Of a stretch of DNA of 64,000 nucleotides, positions 24,575 through 39,290 are shown in pieces. Position 1 is the stretch's first letter; each line of letters opens with the position of its first letter. The DNA comes from the human T2T-CHM13v2.0 reference genome, Homo sapiens, in the NCBI RefSeq assembly GCF_009914755.1, contig NC_060938.1. One strand, written 5' to 3'. Position numbers and translations under genes: made by a program. The notes under the pieces are model-generated. The model saw only the letters and a program-made list of their open reading frames with translations, did not search any database and was not told the DNA's origin.

Positions 24575-27319
24575 CCGGCTGAGCCGCTGTGCGGGCAGCT
24601 CTGTCAGAGCTGGTTCTTGGGTTGTTTGCCTTGCAGAGGCCAGCAGTCTCCTGGGCTCTGTCCAAACGCATGGAGCAATTCAGTAAAAGAAAATGGGAGG
24701 AATTAAGTTCAACGACAGGTTTTGTGAATTATAAAGTGCTTTGTGCTGATGTCATTATTATTACATGGTCAACACATGACGTTAAACTGTTTTGGTGCCA
24801 ACTGCTTGCCTGCAGTCCCTTTGTTCAAGCCATATTTGTTAAGCATCTACTATGTGCTGAGCACTGCACCAGGCACTGGGAACAGAGCTACAGATAAAGC
24901 AGTCAAAGCCTTACATCTCTCGGCACCGTATATTGCAGTGACGGCATCCAAAAGTAAGCAAATTAATACACGATATATAAGGTGAGTTAGTGGTCAGCAC
25001 CACGAAGAAAAATTAAGCAGACCAAGGACGTGGCAGTGGTAGGACTGCTCATTCTGATGGTTGGCCAGGGACCCTGGGAACGTCATTTCCTGGGTTGTGG
25101 GATTTTTAAAGCTGTTGCTTCTTTCTCCTTTCTTTTCTAGTATTCGCTTTCAGGACAGCTTTGCTCTCTGGCTTTCTCCAGAGCTTTCCTTCCTTGACTT
25201 TTCCTCTGTAGCCCCTCACAGCTGGACTCCTCCACCAACCAGTCCCTATTGGCCTGAAGATCTTGGCCCTTCCCAGGTCATCTCCCAGCGAGCTGTGGCT
25301 GTGGTGGTCACACCCTGCCTCTGGGTCTGGAATGCATTTTCAGTTGGGAGGGGAGGGAGGCCTGAAGCCCCACCCTTGCACACACACATAGACACACCAG
25401 ACACTTACTAATCAACCTGCTAGACAGGACCCCTCACCCTCTCGCCACGTCTCGGTGCTCTAGAGGGGACTCAAGAGTTCAAGGGAGGCTAAACTGGATG
25501 ACCTTTCAGGAAAGAGGCTGCACACTGTCGTTAAGGGGCAGGAGTCGGCCTACAGATGAATCTTGTTCACAGGGTGGTTTGCTTTTTCTTTCTTTTTTAA
25601 CAAAATCACAGTGTGGTTTTCTTTTTCTTTTTTAAAAAATTGAATGAATTGCCATATTTAAAAGCCGGGAAATGTGGACTCTCTGGCTTCTTTTAAAAAA
25701 CCAGAATATCTACCCACTTAAGGCCACACCCTTATACACAACAAGAGGTTGGAGCTGAGGGGCAGATGCCTGCTGTATTTGTATACAGCCTTGAGTTCAC
25801 CGCATTCCCCACTACTCACTGATGTCTTACCCCCAGCCCGCTTCATACCATCTGTGTTGCCAGCCTGATTTTGAGTCTGTGTCCCATGTTTATGTCCCAC
25901 AGACCTTGCTTGTTTGTTTGAACATTATGAGCTGTGTCAACTTGGCAAGTCACTTAAACTTTATTCCTTGATCGCTCTACCTCCCAATTCTTATCTCCAG
26001 CCATTGTTCATTAGGTTTTGCTATTTCCAAATTTCGTTGACTTCAGGCAGAAAAAAACAAAATACAACAAAAATCAAACCAATCATTCCCAAACGTGGCT
26101 GGTCATCAAAACACCTTGGGAAACTTCTTAAAAAGTATAAATTTCTAGACCTCACCCAAGGTCCATGGAATCAGAATATCTGAGGGTAGAGTCCTGGGAA
26201 GCTGTATAGCTAGTAGGCTCAGAGATGACTCAGCTACTTTTGGGAATGTGACTCTTTGCGGTTTCTTCCTCTCCTCAGGCTCTTCTGATCCTTGTCAGGG
26301 AGCTTTCTGGGGGTGTCACCCCGAGGAATCGGTGCATACGTATCATTGTGGACTGCCCTTTCCAACGTAGGGCAGTTTCCTGTGTGTATTCCACATGGGG
26401 ACCGGATCCGTGTCCTCATCATTTTCAGAGCTGGAGAGGAGACTTAACTGTCTGTGGATTTCACATTGGCGATTTCCCATCTTCTCCAGGGTCCCTGGAG
26501 AACATTGAGAGGGTTTTCCCGTTTTGGATGAAGTGTGAATAGGAATCCATGGACCAGAGAGCGGCCTTGGAAGCCATGTTCACTCAGCCCCAGGTGGTCT
26601 TCCCAGACTTTGTTCATAACAGAGACCAAGACGTGCATCCATGTTTAGCCTGAGCAGAAAAAGTTGCCCCAAACCAGCTGATGTGCTGGGTAAATGTTGG
26701 CCTAAGCATGCTTGTGTTTTTGGTGATTTGAAACGTAAAGGCAGCCCACTGACATTTTTTAGCAAGCTTTGCATAATTGGTTTTTAATTGTGGCTCTTTG
26801 GAATAGCATTGGCCTTCTTCCCCCTGACTCAGATGCTTTTTTTGTCTCATACTTGTTTGGCAGAGAGGTCCAATCTGTCCTCTCTTGGAACAGAATCTCC
26901 CAACTCATCTTTGAAATCCGTAATTTCCACTTTAGTTCCGTTACTTTGTTAGCACATTTTCGAAAGCTGTTAGCTTAAAAAAAAAAATTAAATTTGAGGG
27001 AGAATGAGTGATAGTTAAAGGCAGCTATGAGTGTGTTTAACATTGGCCCCTGTGGTGTTGAGTCTTATTTGATACCATATCCAGAGCATTCACAAGGGTT
27101 CTGAAGCTTTTATTTAAAATCAGAAGTCGGTCACACCCACTGTTATCCTAGCACAGGGTCCCTTGGAGAGGTGGTGGTGAGGACGTGGCTGGATCTCTAT
27201 GTCCTTAGCAGAAATCAGACACCTCTGAAAAGCTCAGGAAGTCTTACAGCTTCTTAGGTTTTCTATTAATATCTTAAAGTGAGGATAATAATAATACCTA
27301 CCTCTTAGTGTTGTTATGA

Positions 27320-27610
27320 ATTTTTTTTTTTGAGACAGATTCTCACTCTGTTGCCCAGGCTGGAGTGCAATGGCATGATCTTGGCTCACTGCAGCCTTGA
27401 CCTCTTGAGCTCAAGAAATCCTCTCACCTCAGCCTCCTGAGTAGCTGGGACTACAGGCACATGTCACCATGCCTGGCTAATTTTTGTATTTTTTGTAGAG
27501 ATGGGGGTTTTGCCATGTTGCCCAGGCTGTTTTTGGACTCCTGGGCTCAAGCGATCCTCCCATCTTGGCCTCCCAAAGTGCTGGGATTACAGGCGTGAGC
27601 CACCAACCCC
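27320..27610 (-). mobile_element. AluJ-like
   Basis: Full dimeric Alu. Confidence 0.95.
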
Positions 27611-29029
27611 TGTTGCTGCTATGATAATGAAATGAACTAATGCTGCTAAAGGTTTCACATGATGCCTGGCACTTAGTAAGACACAGATATAAGGTAGGCT
27701 TGTGACTCACTTTTCAAATGTGTTGATCGTGCAAAGTAGTTTTTATAATTGAATCAAAAACCTGTTTCTTGGGCTTGTATTGACCTGAGGGTATTTTGTC
27801 CTCGGAGATGGTGGGTGGTCTGAGGCGTTGCAGGAGCAGGGCACATCCAGGCTTCCTAACCAGAGGGGCTACTTCTGGGGCCTGGGAAGAGTTCTGGGCT
27901 TGGGTGCAAGTTCTGGGTTCAAAGTCTGGCTCTCTCGCTCATTCCCAGCACAACCTTGGGAAAGTTAGCTCGTTTCCTCATCTGTAACAGGAGAAAATCC
28001 AAACTGCCCTTTCCAAAGTAGTACAGTTTCCTGCACATACTGCACATGGTGACTGGATCCACATCCTCATCACAGAGCTTCATCGCGAAGATTAAGTGAG
28101 GTGCTGTGTGAAAGATGACCTTGACTGCAGTGCAGTATGTCCGTAAATTACCTTTGTTAGAGACTGATTCCATGTGTAGTGAACTACCTATTCTGACAGC
28201 ACTAACCTTTCTGAAGTATTAGCCTATGACCTGGGTTTCAGGGAAGCAAGCAGACTTTCCAGTTTCTGGTTGTTTATGCAGTTTAGACGCAGCTGGAGTT
28301 TTAATTATCATAACAAACTATAAATGAGAAGGCTTTTCAAGCCTCTGTTTTCCCCTAAGCTGCCTTCTGTGACCCCTTATCTTGTTTCCTGTGGTGTTAA
28401 TGTCATCGTTGTATTCCCATCAACCAACAATCTTTTAGCAGCCTTAAGAAGGGCTGTCAAGTCTTCTGTCAATCCTACCATCTTACTTTGATGTTTCCAG
28501 GTCCACCGGCAACATGGACTCAGAGTTGGGAAACTGAGTCCTCTCCTGGGTGAGGCTCATCTGGCTGAACAACTATGAAGCCATTTAAGTCTGTTTTCCT
28601 TCTACTGTGCCCAAAAGGCACAAGGCAACCTGGCCTGAGGTTGGAGCATGGAGATCTAGAGGAACTCATGGATGGATTCAGGCGGGATGTGAAAGTGCTG
28701 GGAGTGAGGGCCTGGGCCTCCTCTGGGTTTAGCCACCCTTCCAGGTTGTGTACAACCTGCCATATGCTGGGGCTCATTGACTGTGCTCTGCTCTGTGGCT
28801 ACAGGATCCCCTTTTACTGAGCGTAGTGCATGTGTATGCTCTGACAAACTCCTCCGTGGTTTGCCTCTGTAGTCCTCCCTACACCCTACCAACTCCCCAG
28901 TCCCCGCGAATAAAAACCCTTGCCTTTTTGGAGGCAATGTAGCAAAGCAGGACTGCTGCATTGGAATAGTTTGGCTCTGGAGAGTTCACTAGATGTTTGA
29001 AATTCAGTTTCGTCCCTTGTAAAAATAGG

Positions 29030-30252
29030 GGAAATAGACCCCTACCTAGTACCTAGTACCATATACATATATTATCTCAAAATGGATCGAAGGCCTAAAT
29101 GTAAGAGTGAAAACTAGAAAACTCTTAGAAGAAAACAGCTGTAAATCTTTGTGACCTTGGATTAGGTAGTGGTTTCTTAGATTTTATGCCAAAAATAAAA
29201 GCAACAAAATAAAAAAAATAAATTGGACATCTTCAAAATTAAAAACTTTGGTACTTCAAAGGACACAAAGTAAAAAGAAAATCCACAGAATGAGAGAAAA
29301 TGTTTGCAAATCGTAGATCCAATAAGGGACTTGTATCTAGAATATATAAAGAATGATTACAGCTCAATAATAAGACAAATAACCCAGTAGAAAAATGGGC
29401 AAAAGATCTCAATATTAATTTCTCCAAAGAAAATATATAAATGGCAACTAAGCACATGAAAAAATGCTCAACATCATAGCCATCAAGGAAATACAAGTCA
29501 AAAACCACAATGAGATACTACTTTGCACCCACTAGGATGACTATAGTGAAAAAAAAGAGATAATAACAAGTATTGGTGAGCATGTGGAGAAGCTGTCGTC
29601 ATGAATTGATCGTGGGAATGTAAAATGATGCAGCCACTTTGGAAAACAGTCTGGCAGTTCCTCAAATGGCTAAACAGAGTTCCCATGCGATCCAGCCATT
29701 TCACTCCTACATATATTTCCTTTCCCAACAGAAAGGAAAACATGTCCACACAAAAACATACATGAGAGTTTACAGTGGCATTATTCATAATAGCTCCAAA
29801 GTGGAAGCAGCTCAAATGTCCATGAATTGGTGCATGAATAAATAAAACATGGTCTATCCATACAATGGATTATTATTTAGCCATAAAAAGGAATGAAGAA
29901 CTGATACATGCTGTAATATGGATGAACCTTGGAAACATTATGCTGGGTAAAAGAAGCCAGCCACAAGAGACCACAGAGTGTGTGGGTCCATTTAGATGAA
30001 ATGTCCAGAATAGGCAAATTCATAGAGACAGGAAGTAGAGCCAGTACTGTGGTTACCTAGGGGTGGGGAGATGGGAGGAGTGGGGAGTGATGGCCAAGGG
30101 ATATGAGGTTTCTTTTGGGGGTGATGAAAGTGTTCTAAAATTGTAGTGATAGTTGCACAACTCTGGATATAATACAAGTTGGTGAATTGTATACTTTAAT
30201 GGACAAATTGTATGGTATGTGTGAGTTTGATCTCAATAAAGTGCTTTTAAAA
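29030..30252 (+). mobile_element. Old L1 (L1MB/ME-like) ORF2 end and 3' UTR
   Basis: AAAACTCTTAGAAGAAAAC, AAATGCTCAACATCA, CTTTGGAAAACAGTCTGGCAGTTCCTCAAA; ends TCTCAATAAAG; heavily degenerate. Confidence 0.9.
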
Positions 30253-31071
30253 ATGGAGAATAATAATATCTGCCTTACAGGGTTGTGGGGAGGCTGAAAA
30301 GGAATAATGTATACAAATCCCCCAGTATGTAACAATGTTCCAGAATTAGTAGCTAGGGTTATTAAAACCCCCTTTTAGACCAGCGGCAGTGAAGAAGCCT
30401 TTTTTCCTTTTTATTGCTAGTATCTATCCAGGAGCAAGGAGAACAATCTGATAGGATTTAATATAGAACTAGGGAGGATATATGGTATAGAATAGCAGTT
30501 TCTAACTCTGACTACTGATTAGAATTCCCCGGAAAGTCTTTCAAAAATATTGATCCTGATTCAGCTGGTCTGAGTGGGGCTGGCAGGTGTTCTAACCTGT
30601 AGCCATTAGCTGAAAACCTGGTAATCCAGTTAAGAAACCAGCCCAGTTCTTTGAAGGAGCGAGGACATCTGTGTTCAGGTCAGAAGTCATACACAAGCAA
30701 TGCACTTTATAGTTTGCAAACTTCTTTTGTAGACGTCATCTCTGATCTGTTCCAACAACCCTATGAGGTGGTGTTAGTAGTATGAGTTGTTAGAGAGCTG
30801 ACGGTCAGAAGATTAAGTCACTTGCCAGGGTCTCATTTTTTAAAGCATAATTTTATCTATTATTAAAAAAAGGCAAGATCCACACACATGCTCATACCTA
30901 TTAGTTATCAGACCTAACACCTTGGAGAGCACTGCCAAGGTGACAGCTGGTGCCAGGTTAATCTATTTTACATAGACTTCAGCACAAAGCTCTTCCTGCT
31001 ACTTCGCATTAACTGATGAGATCCTGAGAGTGGAAAGCAAGCTGATGAGGCACTATCTATTACCTATCTAT

Positions 31072-31367
<296 letters not shown>

Positions 31368-34300
31368 TAGCTAGTTAGCTAGCTATCACCTACCTACCAT
31401 TTGTAACTAACTACTAAACTGAATGCGCAAGAAAAACAAAAGACAGGAATAATTTGGATACGAGATTATCAGAAACCTGCAACTATCTCAGATAACCTCT
31501 GAGTTAAAGGTTTTGCACCAGCCAAAACATCTTTTTGTTCTCATTGAATGACTATAATAAGGATATGATGCAATTGTAAGCCCTTAAGTAAAATATATAC
31601 CGCCTTAACCTGTTGAGTATTTTGTGGTATCATTTGAACAAGATGTTTCTGTTGCTGAAACCAATAGATGCTACTTAAAGTGGGGTCAGCATCTGGGAGC
31701 TTGTTAGAAGTGCAGATTCTTGGGTCTTACCCTAAACATACTGAAGCACACTCTCTGAAGGGTGGGGCCCAGAAATCCATGATGCAATAAGCCCCCCAGG
31801 GGATTCTGATGCTCTCTGCACATGTAGAGCATGTCTCCATGGTCACCCCTTCCAGCTCTGACTGGCCATGATTCTATCTGAGAATGGTTAAAGGATCTAA
31901 AACCACATTTTTCTCAACACCTATCTCAAGCTTCCTAGATGGATCCACCTGCCATTGGATACTCATTAATGCTTATGGTTCCCCGAATCTGTGTAAGGCA
32001 GGGGTTGCTTTCTGAATCAGCAAACACCTTAGCGTTTCCAAACCAGTTATTTCCATGTCTTGAGATGCTCAACATTGCCACGTCCACGCCCTAAGGGACT
32101 TCCCAATTAATTACGCTGCCGAGCTTGTCAATAGGCTGGTTCCTTCATTGTTTTAGAAGGAAGAATCAGAGAAGCTGTTCTCATGCCAAAGGAACCCTCA
32201 TTTGCTGCCACTGACCCAGAGTTCTCAGCAGTTCTGGTCTGATAACTGAGGATCCACTCCATAGCCCTGGCAATGGGGAGCTCTGTGTCCCACTCTATCT
32301 GCCTCAGTGTGGCAAAGCCCTTCCATACCTTCTCTCTGCACCTAAATTGCATCCATCTCCTTAAATAAATCACTCTTGGTAAAACCCCTCTTCCATCCTC
32401 CGGGCCAGATATCCCTGGCTGTGAACGGTTTGGCCCTTTCACCTCGGTAGGGTTTATATTAGCTGGTGTTCAGTATTCTTGATGGGGAGGTTGCCTTTGC
32501 TGGGAGATTTGTCTGTTATCTGTGCCTTGTGCTTGAAAGAAATTGGATGAAATGCATGTTTTAGCCACACACCCTGCATACAGATTAAATGGAACTGCCT
32601 TGGTAGAGAATAATTAAGCCAAGGACCTTGTTTTTCACCTTCATGATGAAAGACAAATGACTTCCAAAGGCTTTAATAAGATGGAACTTGAAATGTTCTC
32701 CTACTTTGGCCAGCTTGGGACTTTCAGAACAGCCTTGTTCATAAATATTCTGTGCAACGACTGCATTTTCATTTAATTGTAGATAGAGTCATTTTGCAGG
32801 AGCTCTTGTCTCCATTTTTGACCCAGTGTAATCAAGGCATATTACACCATTTGTTGTTGTTAAAGAGTCAGTTTCAGCTGTATTATTAACTCTTTGAGAA
32901 GAAGACAGATTTTTCCCTGCCAGATGCATTCTGCTTCTCACCAGTCTTTTGGGGGTGATGAGGGTCTTGTGGGGGCCACCATTTCTCTCCTTTTCTCATC
33001 TTTTGAAGTGACTGTCAATTGGACAAGAAAACAGATTGATTGCCTAGTGGGAAACTAGACCCCACTAAGTCATAAATATGAAATGGGCCTGAAATAGACA
33101 TATTTCAGCAAAAGACATCCTTCCCCAAATAGCTCTTCTCTAGCAAAAGGATTTCCTAGCAATCATCATCGCTTTTTCTCTTCAGTGTTAGGTTTTCTGT
33201 CTGTGCCAAGGTGATTTTTCCTGTGTCTCCTGGATTCTTTCTCACTTTTGTAATAACAGTGTTTGCTCTTTCCTTAGCAAAACCGGCTGTAAATGGGTGT
33301 CACCCTGCCTAGCTGGCTTTCTCAGGCTTTGTTCCAAACACAATGCTGTCTTTTCTTAGCCGTGGAAATGGGGCTGTTCTCCACTGGTTTTTGAGAGAAT
33401 GGCCTTTTCCTATTCTGTTCATATAAACCAGCCTCACACCTCGGCGGCCTGTTGTTTTTGGGGTTCTCTTAATGCAAAAGAAGGTTTTTACTATGGACAA
33501 GGGGAGTTGGGAGGGCCCTGGTCAGAGACATGCTGCATCTGGCTGAGATACGAGGAGACTGAGGAGTCAGTTTGGAAGGATCCACCTGTGGGCTCTGATG
33601 CCCCACAAAGATTGTAGGGTGTCAGGCTTTCAGTTCATACAGAAGGTGTCCCCTGCCTCTTCCCAGAAAGCAGTAGCCTTCCAGTTGGTCCTGTCACTGT
33701 CCGACCCAGGACCGGGGCACACTCATTCCCCTTCTCTGACCTTGAGTTCCTGGCCTGAGGATGCAGCCAGGATCTAGGGTCTCTGGGTCTTCTCAGTTGC
33801 AGAATCTAAGGCTGGAGCTTAGTTTGCAGCCCTGCTTCCCACACTGTTTCCTGCAGATGCTGTGCACACAGGGCAATGGCTTATCCACCCGTGCCCCCAG
33901 CCATGGGAGCCGAGTGACTCATCTTGGCAGGTGGAGCCATTGCCTCTGCCAGCTCTTGTTCAGAGCCTTCACCTGGTGGTTGGCTGAGCTGATTTGAGTG
34001 AGCACAGCGTCCAGTGTGTGGGTTTGTTCACAGGTGAATGTGCTTGATTACATCCTGCTGTTGGGGGCAGCTGAAGTGAAGTGGAAAGAACCTTGGACTT
34101 GGAGTCAGGAGTGTCTGGGTTCTTGCCCAGGTCACCAGCTCTGTGGATCAGGCCTCCCTTCCTCCCTAACCACGCAAGGTGCTGAGCACACAAAAAGTCA
34201 ACAAGATGCAGACTTTGCCCTCGTGGAACTCCCAGTTTAATGGAGGAGTCAGAAACTGTGAATAGAATATAATACAGTAGGGGCCAGGATACGCTCAGAG

Positions 34301-35279
34301 CAGAGGGACACCTCCTCAGCCTACAGGGCGTGAAAATCAGGGAGGGCTTCCAGTGGGAGGTGATGCTCCAGCTGCATGTACAGGAGACATGAGAAGTAAG
34401 CCAAGGGGACAGCAGGGCAAAGGCATGAAGGCCAGGGAAGTGTATGGTATATGGCACCTCAGTGTTTCAGGAGCATAGAGCGGAACCCTGGGATCAACAG
34501 GTGGTAAGACCACAGCAGGTGGGGCCAAGTCCCAGCAACCTCATTTGACATAGGAGCTTGGGCCTCATCCGGAGGGTAAGGTGCACAGTAACTGGGCCAG
34601 ATTTGCATTTTAGAAAGATCCTTCCGATGGCTGGGATGGAGGATGGTTGTGCAGGATCTGGAGGCCTCCTGGGGGGCTGGGGCAGTGGTCAAGGAGAGAC
34701 AGTGGGCCTGGAAAGTGACAGTGGGGGTGGATGGGGGGAGCAAATCTGACGAAGATTTAAAATCTAGAATTGGATGGCTGGCGTGATCAAAATTGGAGAT
34801 AACAAGAGGGACGGGGGTGTGGGGAGGCAGGTAGTGAGCCCTCAGGGACATCCACGTTGAGCGTCTGGCCCAGCTGGCACTTGGATATTTGGGTCTGCAA
34901 ATCCAGATTTGGTTGGCATTAGTGTATGGGTGGTGGCTGAAACCACGTGAGTAGATGCAAACGGAGATCCACAGGCCGTGCGTATCGAGTGAGGAGAGTA
35001 GCAGGCCAAGGATGGGACCTGGAAAACAGCCCGGAAGGGATGGGAAATAGCAGGAGACTGGAAAGGCAAGGTCAGAGGATGGGCAGGTGCAGGGGAGTGG
35101 GTCCAGGGCATGGAAAATTCAGGAAAGAGGGATGATGCACAGTCAGGCAGAGCCTCCCAGGAGGATGGACCAAGCAGTGTCCTCTGGGCTGGTCTGTGAA
35201 GACCCAATCCCTGTCTTGAAGAGCAAGCCATTTCCTTCTCTGGGACTCAGTTTCCTCATCTGTAAAATCTAGGGATTAG

Positions 35280-35516
<237 letters not shown>

Positions 35517-38500
35517 TAGGGGGCACCCTTCCTACATCCCTCAATCAGGCCCACGCTGCCCTTGAAGGCTGGATGAATGAAAACCCAGAGAAGTCAGAGC
35601 TGGAAAGGACTTTGCGGAGATTTTAGTCCAGCCCACCGTGTGGAAGGTAGCCTGATGGAATGGAGTCAATCCCTGTCTTTTCCCAGCTTGGCAGCCTCGG
35701 GCAGACACTCCACCTCGCTGAGCCTCAGTTTTCTCACTTGTAAAATAAGGCCCCTGAGACCCACCTTGCAGATGTGTTTGAAGGTCAATGAGAAATGGGA
35801 GCTACTTGTGCTTATTAAAGATGAGCCCCAGGACCGGAGAGGTGACCTGATTGACTCGAGGTCACAGAGCAGGGCACTGTGGTGACCAGAGCCCAGGCTT
35901 CTGAGGACAAGCCCACTAGGGTCAGCTGACTGCCAGAGGTCATAAATCAGCAGCCGTGGGCCAGTGCAGCCCACAGATGTGTTTTGTTTGGCTCATGCGG
36001 TGTTCCTTTCAAAATGGAATTTGTTGCTGACATTCAAAATTGGGAGATTTTACTTCAAAAATTTATATTTTCTTGAAAACTTGGAAGAATTAGCAGCACT
36101 GAGCCTGCATCCCACTGGGGCTAGTGTCCCCTCCCATGGCAGGAGGGGTGGCCACCGCCCCATCCAGCCCTCCCCCCTCACTAATGGTGAGTTACTTGCT
36201 TGACCCCTGAGGTGATGTGAGTCTGCAACCCCAGCCTTAGACTGACCATTTGTCTTGAATTTTCTCCTAAAGCCCTGCCCGCTGTTCACTGAAACAGCTC
36301 AATATTTCACAGCTGAGGCCCAGACCTTGGCCACTGAGTAAGAAGGCCTGGCAAGAGATGACGGGAGAGACAGGAGGGCAGAGAGTTTCCAACAGCTCAG
36401 CCCCATGGGGGATGCTGGGAGGGCCTGGCCCCTGCAGGCTGCCGGGGGTCAGCAAGGGAGTTGGCTGAGGGCCCCTGGGGTTTCCTCATTCCTCCCTCCT
36501 GGAGTGGGAGGAGGCTATGGGCCTAGCCGGCTGGGCAGGCTGAGATCTTGTCCCTGAATTGCCCTACTTTGTTGATGGGGGTTGGGGGAGTGGGGAGGGA
36601 CTGCAGCCCCTGGCTTAGTGCAGCCCTGTTTATGTAGGGGAATGTCTGGTATGTTTGGTATTTGGGTGTTTACTTCCCAGGGTGCTCATGGGTCCCTGGT
36701 GTTGAAATGTGGCTCCTCCATGCAGGGGGGGCCCTGGTGGGCCTGGCTGGCTGTGTGAGGCCTGAGGCTAGATTTGGAGGCTGCGGGGCTGTTACTCCAG
36801 GCCTGCTCACTGACAACTCAGCACGCCCTGAACTCCCCAGCCTGCTCCTCCCTCTCCGCAGTACTCCTTTCTGTGCCGCATTCTGCCCGGAGGCAGGCCA
36901 GTGTGCCGCTGCTGCAATAGCACCACCTCCGCCTTGCCTGCGAAGGAAGGCAGGGAAGCTGGCATCACGGAACTCTTCCTGTGCTCCCGGCTCTGGGCTG
37001 GAACTCAGTCCTCATTACTACCATGTGCGGCAGGGCTCAGTACCTTCCTGTACAAGTGAGGAATGGAGGCTCAGAGAGGCCAAGTAACTTGCCCAGGAGC
37101 ACACAGCTGGTCTACAGCAGAGCTTCTGGAGGAACTCAGGTCTTAAAGACCACCCCCCAACCCCACCAACCAAAGCTCACACTGTCAACTCTGATGCCAC
37201 AAGTCTCAGATTAGCCTGGTTCTGTCTGCCCAGGCAACAATTCTTAGTATGAGACAGAACCCTCAGACTTGGGCTACTCTGGTTAGTGCTGGGGGTTTTG
37301 GTTTTTCTTTTGTGTCCATTTTTGCTTATCACTTCCTTTATTTCTTTGTCCATGTGAGAGTTTCTGTATTTTCAGCGCCTTGGGTTGAGAATGTAATTTC
37401 TCTTTCTCATTCTGTCTCTCTGTGGGTCCTGCAAGCTATGTTTTTGAAAACGCTTATGAAAAGTCAGAATTCAAAATCACATCTGGGCTGCTGTTTGTCA
37501 CAGTGGAAATGCCGCGCCACCTGCAGACGGGGCCTGAGAAACACGGAAATGGGTGAGGGTTAGGCCCGAGAGGAGCTGGTGACGTCCCCTCCTTTAAGCC
37601 CCCTCCTTTAAACCATGGAGCTTGAATGTTACACCTTCATGTAAATTGTGCAATAACGTTTTTTAAAACATGTTAAAAACTTCTAACTCTAAAGGCAGTG
37701 ATCATGATCAGACCACCCACCCCTTGAAGAGCAGGACGTGCTCAGGCCCTGCGGCCCAAAGACCTGGATACGAGTCCTGCGCTGTCACTGAGCATCTACG
37801 CAGCCTTGATGTTCTTAGTTTCCTCATCTGCAAAAGTGGGGAAGCTGAATAGAGCTGTGCTGGGTGACTTACTGAGATGGCAAATTAAATGTAGTTAATT
37901 TAGTTAATAAACACCCATTCTGTGCCATGCTCAGCTCTGGTGGCTGAGTGACAGTGGTGAAGGTGATGATAGACTGAGATATTTATATAGATTAACTATG
38001 AATAGATTAAGGTTCTCATGGGAAACTGACAACGGGCAGGCAAACATGCATGTGAAAAAGATAAGTGCTGTTAGTGAATGCACCTTGAAGGAAATACACA
38101 GGGAGATAGTAACAGGACAGGGCTTTTAGTTTGGGGTGGTCAGTAAAGACGTCAAGAAGGAGCAGCAAGTACAAACCCGGGGGACAGGGAAGAACTTGTC
38201 GTTTTGAGGGAGAGGAAGAAGGCCCATTGTTGGAGTTGAGGGGTAGAGGAGGGCGATGTAGTGGAAGGTCAGAGAGGCAGGAGGAGCCAGGTTTTCTCGG
38301 TTCTGTGGGCCACATGTGTTGGAAGCTGTTGGAGGGTTGCAAGCAGAGGAGCTGACTTGTGTTTTAGCCAAGGGAGAGCCCTTTGGAGCCACTGCAGCCG
38401 TCCAGTGCAGAGGCGACGAGGGCTTGGACCAGGCTGGAGGCAGCAGGGATGGAGAATGTGGTGGACACCTTAGAGATGTATTTTGCAGGTGGAATCATGA

Positions 38501-38854
38501 CAACCTGCTAAATGGACTGTGTGAGTCCTTAATCGGCTCCAGGGCAAACTTCTCTGGGCACACAAATCTGCGTGCGCATGTACTGCATACAGATCCTGAT
38601 TCAGTAGGTCTGGGTGGCCTTCAAGACTGCATTTCTAACAAGAGCTTGGGTGAGGCTGATTGTGCTGTTGGCCAACCACACTCCACAGTGCCTGACTCCT
38701 GGCAAACGTCCAGGAAGTGCTCGCTGTGGGGATGACCACGAGCCCTGTAGGAATCTCTCAACTGTTGCTGTCATTGACTCCTGCCTGCAGGCCGTGACTG
38801 GGTCCAGGACTGGGGGTGGACTTATGTAAATCACAGAGATAGATTCATACACGA

Positions 38855-39290
38855 GATAGTCTTGTTTGCCTATCAGATCCATTCCCGTTTTACCCTGCTC
38901 TGTGCCCCAGGTGGCTCATCTCAATGGACCACATTACCCAGGAGTCCTTCCACTCTGGCTTCTGGTTGAACTTGGCCATTAGGAGGTACCAGCCTTAGAA
39001 AAGAATTTGGGATATTCATTCCCCTGATCCCTCCCTGCTGGGCACCCATTGGGCAGTGGTGTGTTCCTCTACCAAAGAGCACAGCTCCTGTCTGGTGACC
39101 CTCTGCCATGGCTAAGTGACAGCTCTCCCTGGGTTCCAATCATCACTCCTGACCCTAGCCTCAGGCCGGAGGTGTTCGTGACTCCACTGCTGCTGGTCCC
39201 GGGTTCCCTAAGCTCTGTCCACCCCCTGTAAGTAGTTCCCTCATTAATTTCCTTTAAATAAACCCCTGTTTCCTGCTGGGATCCCCTAGT
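38855..39290 (+). mobile_element. Possible ERVL LTR relic (LTR16-like)
   Basis: Resemblance by eye, including the terminal CCCTCATTAA...TGTTTCCTGCTGGGA motif. Confidence 0.4.

Noticed and set aside
29239-29845. ORFs within the L1 relic
   Set aside because: Fragmented and degenerate; not a functional retrotransposon
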